A DNA stretch of 64,000 nt from Bdellovibrionales bacterium (lineage in GTDB: Bacteria > Bdellovibrionota > Bdellovibrionia > Bdellovibrionales > UBA1609): assembly GCA_965197855.1 (NCBI GenBank), contig OZ240230.1, positions 64,153 through 128,152 of the forward strand. The letters run 5' to 3'. Both the position numbers and the translations under genes were made by a program. Shown here in pieces: positions 9,384 through 18,709 of the stretch (positions within the stretch are counted from its first letter, which is position 1; each line of letters opens with the position of its first letter). The notes beneath the pieces were generated by a model that ran no database searches, was not told the DNA's origin, and worked only from the letters and a program-made list of their open reading frames with translations.

Positions 9384-11288
9384 ATGATTTTTAAAAAAGA
9401 TACAGCCGAATCAGAGGCTCAGCCGGAATCTGTTGGCAAAAAAGTTCAAATTCAAAGAGAAGTTTTACTGACTCAATTGGATAAAGAGGATGCTAACATT
9501 GAACCCAATCCTCATGAAAAATCTTATGGTGATGAATCTCATACTTTTGAAAAATTTTATAATGAAAATATAGCTCAGCAAAACTTTGAAGTGGGCGCTA
9601 TTGTAAAAGGTAAGATTGTGGAAGTGGATGACGATTATGTGGTTGTGGATGTGAATTACAAAAGTGAAGGGCTTATTCCTAAATCAGAATTTCAAGGCGC
9701 TGAAGGTTTTGTCGGTATTGAGATTGGTGGAGAGGTCGAAGTTTATATTGATTCTATTGAAAATGATAATGGAATGATGGGGCTATCTAAGGATAGAGCA
9801 GATATTATTCGTGTCTGGGAAGATATTTCTCGAGTGGCTAAAAATCAAGAAGTTATTGAAGGCACTGTCATCGCAAAAATTAAAGGCGGTTTGCAAGTAG
9901 ATATTGGAGGGGTCAAAGCATTTTTACCCGGAAGTCAATTGGAGCTTCGCCCTGTTAGAAATCTCAATCAGTATTTAGGTAACAAATATTCTTTTAAAAT
10001 TATTAAATTTAATCAGAAGAGAGGAAATATTGTTCTTTCCAGAAGAGTGATTTTAGAGGAAGAAAGAGCCAGCCTAAGAACTCAAACTTTGGACGGCATC
10101 GAAAAAGGTTCGGTTGTCAGTGGTATTGTTAAAAATATTACAGATTATGGTGTGTTTTTGGATTTAGGCGGTATTGATGGACTCTTGCATATTACGGATA
10201 TTAGTTGGAGCCGCATTAAACATCCTTCTGAAAAACTTTCTATTGGTGAGACTATTCAAGTTAAAGTTTTGAAATTTGATAAAGAGAAAAAGAGGGTGAG
10301 TTTGGGTTTAAAACAGCTTCATGAACATGAAAACCCTTGGGAACAAATAAAAAATGATATTAAAGCGGGATCAAAGGTAAAAGGAAAAGTCATGAGCTTT
10401 ACGGATTACGGAGCTTTTGTGGCTATTAAAGAAGGTGTTGAGGGGTTAGTGCATATTAGTGAAATGAGCTGGGGTAAAATAGTTAAAACTCCGTCTGATG
10501 TATTAAAAATTGGTGAGGAAGTGGACTTACAGGTGATTCATGTGGATCAGGAACAACAGCGTATTAGTTTTAGTATAAAAAGGCTTCAGGAAAATCCATT
10601 TCAAAAATGGATTGCTAAGTATCCTGTCGGGGAAAACCAGGAAGTCGTAGTGGATTCTATAATGGATTTTGGATTTCTTGTACATTTTGTAGAGGAGGAA
10701 GAAGTCGAAGGCTTAATTCGTTTAGCGGATTTGACATGGTCTTCTCGAGCTACAAAACCAAAATATCAAATTGGGGATAGAGTGAAAGTTGCTGTTTTAG
10801 GGTTTAATGTGGAAGAGGAAAAATTTCAATTAGGGGTTAAACAGCTTCATAAAAATCCTTGGGAGCAAATTGAATCTCTTTATTCTATTGGCTCCGTCTA
10901 TAAGGTAAAAGTAGTGAAGATTATGGACTTTGGAGCTTTCGTGGAACTGTGTGATCATAAAGATGCTGGAGTTGTAGAGGGTTTAATTCATATTAGTGAG
11001 CTGGATACGAAAAGAGTGGCCAAAGTTGAAGATGTAGTAAAGATTGGAGATGTTTTAGATGCTGAAATTATTACTATGGATAAAGAGTCTCATAAAATTG
11101 GTCTGAGTGTTAAATTAGTTAAGCTGAGACAAGGACCGGAACATGTCTCTAAGGATAAAACTTCAGCACCTATGAAGACTTCTCCTAGTGAATCTGAAGA
11201 ACAAAAAGAAAGTTTCTTTGCAAAAGCTCTTCGTGCTTCTATTTCCAAAGGGAAATCTACTCCAAAAGAAAAATCTGAAGATATATAG
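9384..11288 (+). CDS. rpsA: 30S ribosomal protein S1
   Basis: 634 aa with six recognisable S1/OB repeats (for example GAIVKGKIVEVDDDYVVVDV, GSVVSGIVKNITDYGVFLDLGGIDGLLHITDISW, GSKVKGKVMSFTDYGAFVAI...GLVHISEMSW). The true start could be downstream of the annotated ATG. Confidence 0.9.
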   Translation: MIFKKDTAESEAQPESVGKKVQIQREVLLTQLDKEDANIEPNPHEKSYGDESHTFEKFYNENIAQQNFEVGAIVKGKIVEVDDDYVVVDVNYKSEGLIPKSEFQGAEGFVGIEIGGEVEVYIDSIENDNGMMGLSKDRADIIRVWEDISRVAKNQEVIEGTVIAKIKGGLQVDIGGVKAFLPGSQLELRPVRNLNQYLGNKYSFKIIKFNQKRGNIVLSRRVILEEERASLRTQTLDGIEKGSVVSGIVKNITDYGVFLDLGGIDGLLHITDISWSRIKHPSEKLSIGETIQVKVLKFDKEKKRVSLGLKQLHEHENPWEQIKNDIKAGSKVKGKVMSFTDYGAFVAIKEGVEGLVHISEMSWGKIVKTPSDVLKIGEEVDLQVIHVDQEQQRISFSIKRLQENPFQKWIAKYPVGENQEVVVDSIMDFGFLVHFVEEEEVEGLIRLADLTWSSRATKPKYQIGDRVKVAVLGFNVEEEKFQLGVKQLHKNPWEQIESLYSIGSVYKVKVVKIMDFGAFVELCDHKDAGVVEGLIHISELDTKRVAKVEDVVKIGDVLDAEIITMDKESHKIGLSVKLVKLRQGPEHVSKDKTSAPMKTSPSESEEQKESFFAKALRASISKGKSTPKEKSEDI

Positions 11289-11300
11289 GTACAGGCTATT

Positions 11301-12272
11301 ATGAGTCAGCAAAAGAATTGGTATGATTTTCTCTCTTCCATCAGTCAGAATATTATGGTGGCTGTAAATATCTTGATACTGTTGTTTATTCTGGGTGGAT
11401 GCATGGTTTTTTGTTCCGCCTTTGTTGGCAAATCTTCTTTTTCCTCTATTCGTGAGAGGGTTCCTCAGGATTCTATTTTAGTTCTCAGGTTAGAGGGCGT
11501 CATTATTGATTCATCAGAATTTTTGGAAGATCTTCATGAATATATAGGAGATAAAAAAATTAAAGGAGTGTTGATTCGTGTGAACTCTCCGGGAGGAACT
11601 ACATCAGCCAGTCAGGAGATTTACAAAGAAATTCATCGTTTGAAAGCCTTATATAAGAAACCTATTGTTGTTTCTATGAGTTCTCTTGGAGCCAGTGGAG
11701 CTTTTTATATTTCAATGGCAGGGGATAAAATTGTGGCCAATGAGTCCACTTTAATGGGATCTATTGGTGTTGTGATTTATCTCACTAATTTAGAGAGGTT
11801 ATATGAATGGGCTAAAGTAGAAAATTATGTTTTAAAAACAGGGGAGTTTAAAGATGCAGGCTCTCAATTTCGCCCTTTGACCAATAGGGAGAGGGATTTG
11901 TTTCAAGATTTGATGGATCAATTTTTGAATCATTTCAAAGAAGTTATTATTAAAGATAGAAAACTGTCTAACGAGCTTGTAGAGGAATTTGCAGATGGAC
12001 GTGTTTTTTCAGGAGAAACAGGATTGCTTCAAGGATTTATTGATCAGACGGGCACCTACTATGAAGCTTTGAATCTCATTGGGGAGATGACAGGTTTGGG
12101 AGCGGATCCTGAAATTTTTGAACCCATTAAAAAAGTGGATCGTTGGGTGGAATTATTAAATGCCTCTTTAAAATCACTCTTCCCGTGGTTTCAACAATCT
12201 ATTTTTGTTCCACAGGAATTAAAAGCCCGCCCTCTTTATCTATTGCCTGAGACTATTGGTCTTTCAAAATGA
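11301..12272 (+). CDS. sppA: Signal peptide peptidase SppA (36K type, S49 family)
   Basis: 323 aa with an N-terminal TM helix and S49 motifs IRVNSPGGT and SLGASGAFYIS. Confidence 0.85.
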   Translation: MSQQKNWYDFLSSISQNIMVAVNILILLFILGGCMVFCSAFVGKSSFSSIRERVPQDSILVLRLEGVIIDSSEFLEDLHEYIGDKKIKGVLIRVNSPGGTTSASQEIYKEIHRLKALYKKPIVVSMSSLGASGAFYISMAGDKIVANESTLMGSIGVVIYLTNLERLYEWAKVENYVLKTGEFKDAGSQFRPLTNRERDLFQDLMDQFLNHFKEVIIKDRKLSNELVEEFADGRVFSGETGLLQGFIDQTGTYYEALNLIGEMTGLGADPEIFEPIKKVDRWVELLNASLKSLFPWFQQSIFVPQELKARPLYLLPETIGLSK

Positions 12273-13009
12273 GGCAGAGTTATTCAGTGGGGTTCCCTGT
12301 TGTTTCTCCTTTTGTTAAAGCTTTAGTTATTACAAATGTTGTAGCTTGGTTTGTCTTGGTTTTATTGCTTCAGCAATTTTTTTTGGATTCTCCTTATGTA
12401 TTTCAATTTTTAGGTTTGGTTCCCGCCTCATTTTTAAAGGGATACTTATGGCAGTCTTTTACTTACATGTTTATTCATGCATCTGGTATTTTTCATATTT
12501 TATTTAATATGTTGATTCTATGGATGTTCGGCTCAGAGCTGGAAAGACTTTGGGGGTCGCGTTTTTTTCTAACCTACTACCTTACTTGTGGAGTAGGAGC
12601 GGCTTTCATCTATTGTCTTGTTTTAATGTGTGTGGCTTTTTTTACAGACGTGCATTTAACAGGGGTTCCTGTAGTGGGCTCTTCAGGAGCTATCTTTGGA
12701 TTGATGGTGGCTTATGGCCTTATTTTTAAAGATCGCATTTTGTATGTCATGATGATTTTTCCAATGAAAGCGCGCACTTTTATTTATTTTCTTGCAGGTA
12801 TTGAAATTTTAAGTGTCTTAAGCTCTGGATTGGGAGGCCCTGTAGCTAACTTAGCACACTTGGGAGGATTGGTAACAGGGGTGCTTTTTTTGGTTTCTTG
12901 GAAAAACTGGCATAGCGTTTCATCTTGGATCAAAAGAAAAAAACCTCATCGCCTGCGTGTGATTCATTCAGATGATACGGATGAGAAAAGTAATAGGCGC
13001 TGGCACTGA
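12269..13009 (+). CDS. Rhomboid-family intramembrane serine protease
   Basis: 246 aa, polytopic. The catalytic GxSG reads VVGSSGAIFGL, and the His-bearing helix reads AHLGGLVTG. There is a 4-nt overlap with sppA. Confidence 0.85.
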   Translation: MRQSYSVGFPVVSPFVKALVITNVVAWFVLVLLLQQFFLDSPYVFQFLGLVPASFLKGYLWQSFTYMFIHASGIFHILFNMLILWMFGSELERLWGSRFFLTYYLTCGVGAAFIYCLVLMCVAFFTDVHLTGVPVVGSSGAIFGLMVAYGLIFKDRILYVMMIFPMKARTFIYFLAGIEILSVLSSGLGGPVANLAHLGGLVTGVLFLVSWKNWHSVSSWIKRKKPHRLRVIHSDDTDEKSNRRWH

Positions 13010-13011
13010 GT

Positions 13012-13147
13012 TTGCTTCTTTAAAAAAAAGAAGCAAAAGTCTTAGCTTCTCTTCGCTATAGGATTTCATTATTTTTAAGTTTGTTATAGTGAATAGGAAA
13101 TACTTTATATAAGTGGCTCAAACACACAACTCATTTGAGCCGCTTAT
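13012..13147 (+). repeat. Family B intergenic repeat, copy 2 (distal stem arm replaced by a family A repeat)
   Basis: tttgcttcttt..aaagaagcaaa hairpin directly after the rhomboid stop. The inner stem 13109-13122 / 13134-13147 keeps pairing through compensatory changes relative to copy 1. The same loop sequence is present. Confidence 0.85.
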
Positions 13148-13217
13148 GATGACTTGGCTCAGCGATTTCGGTTGGCACCTCAATCGCTTCGCTCCTGCGA
13201 AAGCAGGAATCCAGATC
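13148..13217 (-). repeat. Family A GC-rich palindromic repeat, long form (copy A1)
   Basis: gatgacttggctcagcgatttcggttggcacctcaatcgcttcgctcctgcgaaagcaggaatccagatc. The strand is given relative to the orientation of the copy at 36675. Confidence 0.85.
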
Positions 13218-13316
13218 TTTTTCATGAAAGGGGATTAGTTTTGTAAAGATAGACTTGTCTAAAATCCTCTTATAGAGTATTATGCCAGTATTCAAATAAT
13301 TTCAGGGTGAAAAATT

Positions 13317-13511
13317 ATGCTCGATAAATGTTTAGAAAAGTTATACTTTGATAAAAGAATGATTCAATGGGGATTAAGTCAGGGGCTTATCTCTCACAAA
13401 GATGTTGAACAGCATTTATCTAAGTTGGAAGACATAAAAGATAAAGCGGATTTTATTCAACAGCCTTCTACAGAAAAAGAAAATACAGAAGAAGAAGAAA
13501 AGAAAGATTAA
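13317..13511 (+). CDS. Hypothetical small acidic protein (64 aa)
   Basis: ORF only; no motif recognised. Its stop overlaps the convergent gene's stop at a TTAA. Confidence 0.3.
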   Translation: MLDKCLEKLYFDKRMIQWGLSQGLISHKDVEQHLSKLEDIKDKADFIQQPSTEKENTEEEEKKD

Positions 13512-13999
13512 CGCAGACTTTGTTTCACAAAGTGGGTCATGTAGTAGCGGATCAGATAATCTATTTGAATATCTTTTTCCTGATGGGTCCACTTAAGTTC
13601 TCCAAAAGCTCCCCAAGTTCCCTTAAGATAATCTGAAGGGCGGTTTTGTTCTTCCTGCCCAGGTAATGCCGCATCCATATTAGCAAAACGTATTGAAATC
13701 CATCCGGCTTCCTTCATGGAGAAAATCATTTTATACCCATTTCGAAAAAGCATAAAATCTGCTAAGGTGCCAGTAATCCCATAAATACGAATACTGCCCA
13801 TATAGCCTTTAAGTTGATTAAAGAAAGAGATGTGCTGTGTAAACGCGGTGCGAAGCTGTTTTAAAAACTCTACAGTATGTTCTTGTAGCTCTTCTTTAGA
13901 TGGGGCAAATGGATTAGTAGTGGAAATTTTACCTGTTTTTTCCATCTGCTCTTCGTGATGCACCAAGGTTTTAACCCAATTATTATGAAGTGTTTCCAT
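13508..13999 (-). CDS. Hypothetical protein (163 aa)
   Basis: ORF with normal-looking composition. No family motif recognised. Confidence 0.45.
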   Translation of the reverse strand: METLHNNWVKTLVHHEEQMEKTGKISTTNPFAPSKEELQEHTVEFLKQLRTAFTQHISFFNQLKGYMGSIRIYGITGTLADFMLFRNGYKMIFSMKEAGWISIRFANMDAALPGQEEQNRPSDYLKGTWGAFGELKWTHQEKDIQIDYLIRYYMTHFVKQSLR

Positions 14000-14154
14000 A
14001 AAAAACCTCTGATACTGCAGTTATTTTGTTTGCCGTGAATCATCCTTGATCTATATGCTGAAAGTCAAGAAATGAAGCTGTTTATTTTTTTCAATTTGTG
14101 TCGTGATTTTAATGCTAAAATGTGACAAAATGTCAGTCTATCTTTTAAAAAGGA

Positions 14155-14661
14155 GTGGTTTTTATGAGGTTCAAGAATATCTTAGCGTGTTTATTGTTTA
14201 GTTTTTGTACAATTTCCTGCAGTAGTTTATGGAAAAAGTTTACCGGAAAAGATAGCGACATTGAAGGAGATATGGCCAGTGATATTGTATCGCAGGATAT
14301 GGATGCGGATCACAGAGGCAGTGACAGCGGCGATATTGATGGTCTATCCAGTGTGTTTTTTGCCTATGACAGCTCTGTTTTATCTGAGTCTGCAAAAAAA
14401 GATTTAAGGGACAATGTGGATTGGATAAAAAGTAATGATCGTGTTTCTCGTGTTGAATTAGAAGGGCATTGTGATCCTATGGGTTCTGAAGCCTATAATG
14501 TGGGCTTAGGGTTAAGAAGAGCTCAAGCTGTCAAAACTTTTTTGATTTCCTTGGGTGTTTCTGATGATAAGTTTTCTATTGTAAGCTATGGTGAAGAAAG
14601 GCCTATATCACAGACGGATAATTCTAAAAACAGACGTGTTAACTTTGTGCCTATTTATTAG
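14155..14661 (+). CDS. pal: Peptidoglycan-associated lipoprotein (Pal / OmpA C-terminal domain)
   Basis: Lipobox FCTISC-SS and OmpA-C motifs VFFAYDSSVL...GHCDPMGSEAYNVGLGLRRA...NRRVNF. The probable true start is the ATG at 14164 (MRFKNILA). Confidence 0.85.
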   Translation: MVFMRFKNILACLLFSFCTISCSSLWKKFTGKDSDIEGDMASDIVSQDMDADHRGSDSGDIDGLSSVFFAYDSSVLSESAKKDLRDNVDWIKSNDRVSRVELEGHCDPMGSEAYNVGLGLRRAQAVKTFLISLGVSDDKFSIVSYGEERPISQTDNSKNRRVNFVPIY

Positions 14662-14663
14662 AG

Positions 14664-14987
14664 ATGTTTAGAAATATTTTTAAGTTATTAGTTTTTATTA
14701 TTTTTGTTTCCGGTTTTTGCTCCTCTTGTGCTTCGACTATTTCTTTTAAAGAGTATGCTTTTGCAGAAGCGGCTCTTACTGCATCAACTCGTTTAGATGC
14801 TCAAAAGTTAAGCTCTCATTCTTATGTCAAAGCACAATCTTACTTTAGGCAGGGCAAAGTGGAATTTAAACAGGCCAATTATGATAAAGCTCGTTCTTAT
14901 TTTAATAAGGCTCAGGAATTAGCTGAGACAGCTGAATTGTTGAGTTATATTAAACGCAGTCAGGCCGGTGGAGATACTCTTTACTAA
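14664..14987 (+). CDS. Small helical lipoprotein (DUF4398-like)
   Basis: 107 aa with lipobox SGFCSSC-AS and helical A/E/K-rich content. The family assignment is from memory of the pattern only. Confidence 0.45.
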   Translation: MFRNIFKLLVFIIFVSGFCSSCASTISFKEYAFAEAALTASTRLDAQKLSSHSYVKAQSYFRQGKVEFKQANYDKARSYFNKAQELAETAELLSYIKRSQAGGDTLY

Positions 14988-15069
14988 AAACTGTAAAAAT
15001 GTAGAGTCTTAAGCAAGACCTTGTCGAGTTGATGTTAACAATGTAAAAGTGTTAAAAAGGCAGTAAAAA

Positions 15070-15657
15070 ATGAAGTATTTTTTATATCTTTTTCTATTGG
15101 TTGTTTTTTGTAGCTGTGAAAGCACACAGAAAACTGTTGCTGATAGCAGTCGCCAATTAGAGGAAGCCTGGTTAAACGGAAGCCGTGCTTTATCGAATAA
15201 ACTATCTTCTTTTTCTAAGAGAAAATCTGCTCCAACATTAAATGATATGCAGAAGAACTTGGATTCTATTAAAGAGCGTTTGGATCTTTTAGAACGAGAT
15301 ATGGTTTCTAAATCAGACGTAGATTCTTCCATAGAACTTTTAAGGCGTGAATTATTAGATATTAAAAAAAGCATTCCAGAGGTTGAAGAAAAAAAACCTA
15401 TGGAAGAGAAAACCTTGTTAGAGCAGGCTGAAGAACATTTTAAAAATGAAAAATGGAAGCAGGCTATTTTTACTTATGAGGAATTTCGTAAAAAAAATCC
15501 TCAATCAGATAAATTTGCAGAAGCTACCTTAAATATTGGTTTAAGTTTTCAAAATTTGGATTTGAAAGAAGAGGCCAGGATTTTTCTAAAAGAAGTATTG
15601 GATCAATTTCCTCGTTCTGAAGAAGCTAAAAAGGCCGAACAGGCTTTAGCACAGTGA
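15070..15657 (+). CDS. cpoB: CpoB/YbgF-like Tol-Pal-associated protein (lipoprotein, coiled coil plus C-terminal TPR)
   Basis: 195 aa with lipobox VVFCSC, a central coiled-coil region and a C-terminal TPR-like region (WKQAIFTYEEFRKKNPQSDKFAEATLNIGLSFQNL...). It lies downstream of pal, as in tol-pal clusters. Confidence 0.6.
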   Translation: MKYFLYLFLLVVFCSCESTQKTVADSSRQLEEAWLNGSRALSNKLSSFSKRKSAPTLNDMQKNLDSIKERLDLLERDMVSKSDVDSSIELLRRELLDIKKSIPEVEEKKPMEEKTLLEQAEEHFKNEKWKQAIFTYEEFRKKNPQSDKFAEATLNIGLSFQNLDLKEEARIFLKEVLDQFPRSEEAKKAEQALAQ

Positions 15658-16667
15658 AAAAAGTATTAGCTGTTGAAACCAGTTGTGATGACACTTGTGT
15701 GTCTGTTGTGGGTGAAGATGGTTTTGTTGATTTATCTTTAAGACAGGATCAGGATGAGATTCATTCTCCTTTTGGCGGTGTTGTGCCGGAGAGAGCCAGC
15801 AGAAATCATAGCCGGCATTTGCTTTCTTTGTTAGATCAGGCTTTGCAAAAAATTCCTATTGAAAAAATCTCTCTTTTAGCTTTTACAAACCGACCTGGTT
15901 TAATGGGCTCTCTTTTAGTTGGATCTGTGACCGTCAGAACATTATCAGAGCTTTATGAAAAACCTGTGTTGGGAGTCAATCATATTGAAGGTCATATTCT
16001 ATCTCCTTTTTTGTGGGATAAGGATTATCAAAAAAAATGGGATTTTCCTTATTTGGCTTTAGTTGTCAGTGGAGGACACACTCATCTTTTTGAAGTTCCA
16101 TCTTTGTCAAAGTATGTTTTATTGGGCAAAACTTTGGATGATGCCGCGGGAGAGGCTTTTGATAAATTTGCCAGATTTGTGGGTTTGCCTTATCCAGGAG
16201 GTGTTTATGTGGACAAAGAAGCTCAAAAAGGGGAATGCTCTTTTTCATTTCCAACAGCCATGCAGAAGAGAGGACTGGATTTTAGTTTTTCAGGTTTGAA
16301 GACTTCTGCACATTTATTATTAAAAAAAGTGGATTATAAAAAATATAGAGAATCTTTATGTGCTTCTTTTCAGTCTGCAGTTGTCAGACAAATTATGAGC
16401 AAGTTAGATGAATGTATTCGTCTTTATCCTTCGTATAAGAGAGTGGCTGTCGTGGGGGGTGTGAGTGCAAATTCGTATTTAAGAAAGACATGTCTTCAAT
16501 GGGCTGAGAAAAATTCTATAGACTTAGCTCTTCCTCCTTTAAAATATTGTACGGATAATGCGGCTATGATTGGATATACAGCCATTCAGAAATATTTAAG
16601 CGGAAATTTTTCTGAAGATTTAAACTGCAGTGCCAATCACAGGCCGGAAGATTTTATTTATCCATAA
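15654..16667 (+). CDS. tsaD: tRNA N6-adenosine threonylcarbamoyltransferase TsaD
   Basis: 337 aa with LAVETSCDDT at the N-terminus and metal-binding NHIEGHIL, plus GGVSAN and CTDNAAMIG. The GTG start overlaps the cpoB stop (gtga). Confidence 0.9.
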   Translation: MKKVLAVETSCDDTCVSVVGEDGFVDLSLRQDQDEIHSPFGGVVPERASRNHSRHLLSLLDQALQKIPIEKISLLAFTNRPGLMGSLLVGSVTVRTLSELYEKPVLGVNHIEGHILSPFLWDKDYQKKWDFPYLALVVSGGHTHLFEVPSLSKYVLLGKTLDDAAGEAFDKFARFVGLPYPGGVYVDKEAQKGECSFSFPTAMQKRGLDFSFSGLKTSAHLLLKKVDYKKYRESLCASFQSAVVRQIMSKLDECIRLYPSYKRVAVVGGVSANSYLRKTCLQWAEKNSIDLALPPLKYCTDNAAMIGYTAIQKYLSGNFSEDLNCSANHRPEDFIYP

Positions 16668-16672
16668 TTAGC

Positions 16673-16700
16673 ACGTCATCCCTGCGAAAACAGGGGTCCA
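16673..16700. repeat. Family A hairpin-only module (A2) between convergent tsaD and the pseudouridine synthase gene
   Basis: acgtcatccctgcgaaaacaggggtcc, with stem ccctg/caggg. It may double as a bidirectional terminator. Confidence 0.6.
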
Positions 16701-16711
16701 CCTTGCGTACA

Positions 16712-17407
16712 TTAAGAAGAGAAGACTTTCTTTAGGTCTCTTTCGTTTAAAAAACGAGCATCCGCTTTTTTCAAAGAGCCTAACTTTAAACGTCCTATAG
16801 CTACTCTTTTAAGTCTGTTGACACTAAATCCAATTTTATTAAACATGTAGTGGATTTGTTTGTTTTTTCCTTCTGTAATAACAATTTGAATCCACGCTCC
16901 TGATTTTCTATAAACAGAAAGAGCTTTCACACGTCCTCCCGGAATACTTACACCGCGTTTCAATTTTTCTAATTTTTCCATACTGACTCGTCCATCCAAT
17001 TTAGCTAAATATGTTTTTGGAATTTGAGAGCACATTACCTTTTGTGAAAATTCTCCATCATTGGTCATTAACAACAAACCCTCTGTGTTCCAATCTAAGC
17101 GACCCACAGCAAATACTCTGTATTTTAATTTTTTAAAATAATGAAAAACAGTGGCTCGATTGGAAGGATCCCGGCTGGTTGTTAAAGTTTTTTCCGGTTT
17201 ATTAAAAGCAATATATACAGGATGAATAATAGGACGAATGACTTTTCCCCTTATCTTCACACGATCTGTTTTTATATCCACAAAAGAAGAAAGATGCTTG
17301 ACGATATGATTATTCAAACGCACTTTTTTTTCTTTGATTAGAAGATCTGCTTCTCTTCTTGAGTAGAAAGCATATTTGGAAATAAAATGATTTAAACGTA
17401 TTTTCAT
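16712..17407 (-). CDS. RsuA/RluB-family pseudouridine synthase (S4 domain plus catalytic domain)
   Basis: 231 aa with an N-terminal S4-like segment RLNHFISKYAFYSRREADLLI and the catalytic motif GRLDWNTEGLLLMTNDG. Confidence 0.9.
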   Translation of the reverse strand: MKIRLNHFISKYAFYSRREADLLIKEKKVRLNNHIVKHLSSFVDIKTDRVKIRGKVIRPIIHPVYIAFNKPEKTLTTSRDPSNRATVFHYFKKLKYRVFAVGRLDWNTEGLLLMTNDGEFSQKVMCSQIPKTYLAKLDGRVSMEKLEKLKRGVSIPGGRVKALSVYRKSGAWIQIVITEGKNKQIHYMFNKIGFSVNRLKRVAIGRLKLGSLKKADARFLNERDLKKVFSS

Positions 17408-17420
17408 AACGACACTAAAG

Positions 17421-18596
17421 TTATTGAGATGAAGTTTTGGATTTTTCTAAATTGTAAATTTTCTCAAGAGTGGTATGCACAGCACTAGGTATGATCTTTT
17501 TTCCATTTACAAATAGAGCAGGAGTTCCTTGAATTTTTAGTTTTCGCCCTTCTGAAATTTGTTTGAAAACAGCTGTTGAGGTTTCCTTCGATTCTACACA
17601 GTGTTGGATATCCGGAACTTGCCATTGATTGAGTTGGTTTTGAATTTGTCTTTTTATCTCTTCAACATTTTGTCTGAGTTGAACCCAATTCTCTTGATGA
17701 GAAAAAATAAAGTTTTGCAGTTCGAGTTTTTTTGTTGTGGAACAAAAAACAGCTTTGGACAAATAACAGGAAGCGCTGTTGGATTCTTCTTTTTCCTGAC
17801 AGCCCTTTGGGTTTAATGGAAAGTGCATGTATTCCAAACGTATACCCGGATATGCTTTTTGAAATGTTTGTAAAACCTTATAAACGCGCTGGCAGTGAGG
17901 ACATAAAAAATCAACAAACTCAGTAACGGTTAAAATGGCTTGGGGGCGCTGGGGGCCGGAGGATAAGTAATTTGACTTTGAGGATGTGTATTGAATATCT
18001 GCTTGCCTCCAATCTATAAAATTAGACAGAGCCATGGATTTTTGAGCAGGGTAAAGTTGAAGACTCCAGCCATGCAGAAGTAGAGTTAAAACTCCTGTCG
18101 AAAGGGCAATGATACTCAATACTTGAATGTCAGGTTTAATTCCCACAAAAGTGACAAGTTGGGTTTTGGACAGTCCTCTCTTAAGGGGCCATAAAACCAG
18201 AAAAGATAAAATATAACAAACAGTGCAAAGAGGACAGAGAGTATTGAGGATTGCAATAGAAATCACAAGCATACATAGAGAGCTTAGTGCGGAGAGTACG
18301 GCGACTCTCCAAACCCACGAGGACCAAATGTTTTCCAGCCATCTCCATTGAAGTAAAATGAGGGTGATGAGGCAAAATGCATTGAGAGCTATGGCAAAGT
18401 GAGAGATAGGTATGCCAAAAATCTCTGAAAAAGCAGAGGTCAGGGCTTGGTCGCAGTTCCATGTAGACCCTATTTCACATAGATTAAGAAAAGAGGAATC
18501 TGCCTTAAGGGAATAGGAACGTAAAGATAGATAGAGCTGTACGGCTATAGAAAAGCCAAATAAAATAAGGCTTGGAATAAGAAATCTTTTTTTCAT
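17421..18596 (-). CDS. VKOR-family oxidoreductase fused to a thioredoxin/DsbA-like domain (periplasmic disulfide formation)
   Basis: 391 aa. The N-terminal half is polytopic, with a loop Cys pair (CEIGSTWNC) and the membrane CxxC (LCPLCTVC). The C-terminal half is soluble, with the thioredoxin-fold CxxC (FLCPHCQ). Confidence 0.7.
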   Translation of the reverse strand: MKKRFLIPSLILFGFSIAVQLYLSLRSYSLKADSSFLNLCEIGSTWNCDQALTSAFSEIFGIPISHFAIALNAFCLITLILLQWRWLENIWSSWVWRVAVLSALSSLCMLVISIAILNTLCPLCTVCYILSFLVLWPLKRGLSKTQLVTFVGIKPDIQVLSIIALSTGVLTLLLHGWSLQLYPAQKSMALSNFIDWRQADIQYTSSKSNYLSSGPQRPQAILTVTEFVDFLCPHCQRVYKVLQTFQKAYPGIRLEYMHFPLNPKGCQEKEESNSASCYLSKAVFCSTTKKLELQNFIFSHQENWVQLRQNVEEIKRQIQNQLNQWQVPDIQHCVESKETSTAVFKQISEGRKLKIQGTPALFVNGKKIIPSAVHTTLEKIYNLEKSKTSSQ

Positions 18597-18709
18597 AGAG
18601 AAAATTAAAGATAGAAAATTGCTTGAAACTTGTCACTTGTGAATTTTTCTCTATAACGCAGAGCTAAATAATATTTTCTGTATGATATGGGGAGATTGTT
18701 TTATGTAAT

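Noticed and set aside
13508-13511. Convergent genes overlapping at TTAA stop codons (also at 42317-42320), considered as a possible regulatory or recoding signal
   Set aside because: TTAA contains TAA on both strands, so a 4-nt stop overlap of convergent genes in an AT-rich genome is expected by chance. There is no additional structure.
14155-15657. Incomplete Tol-Pal cluster (pal and cpoB without adjacent tolQRAB), considered as a possible anomaly
   Set aside because: The tol genes may simply be encoded elsewhere in the genome. Nothing in this window indicates loss or pseudogenisation.
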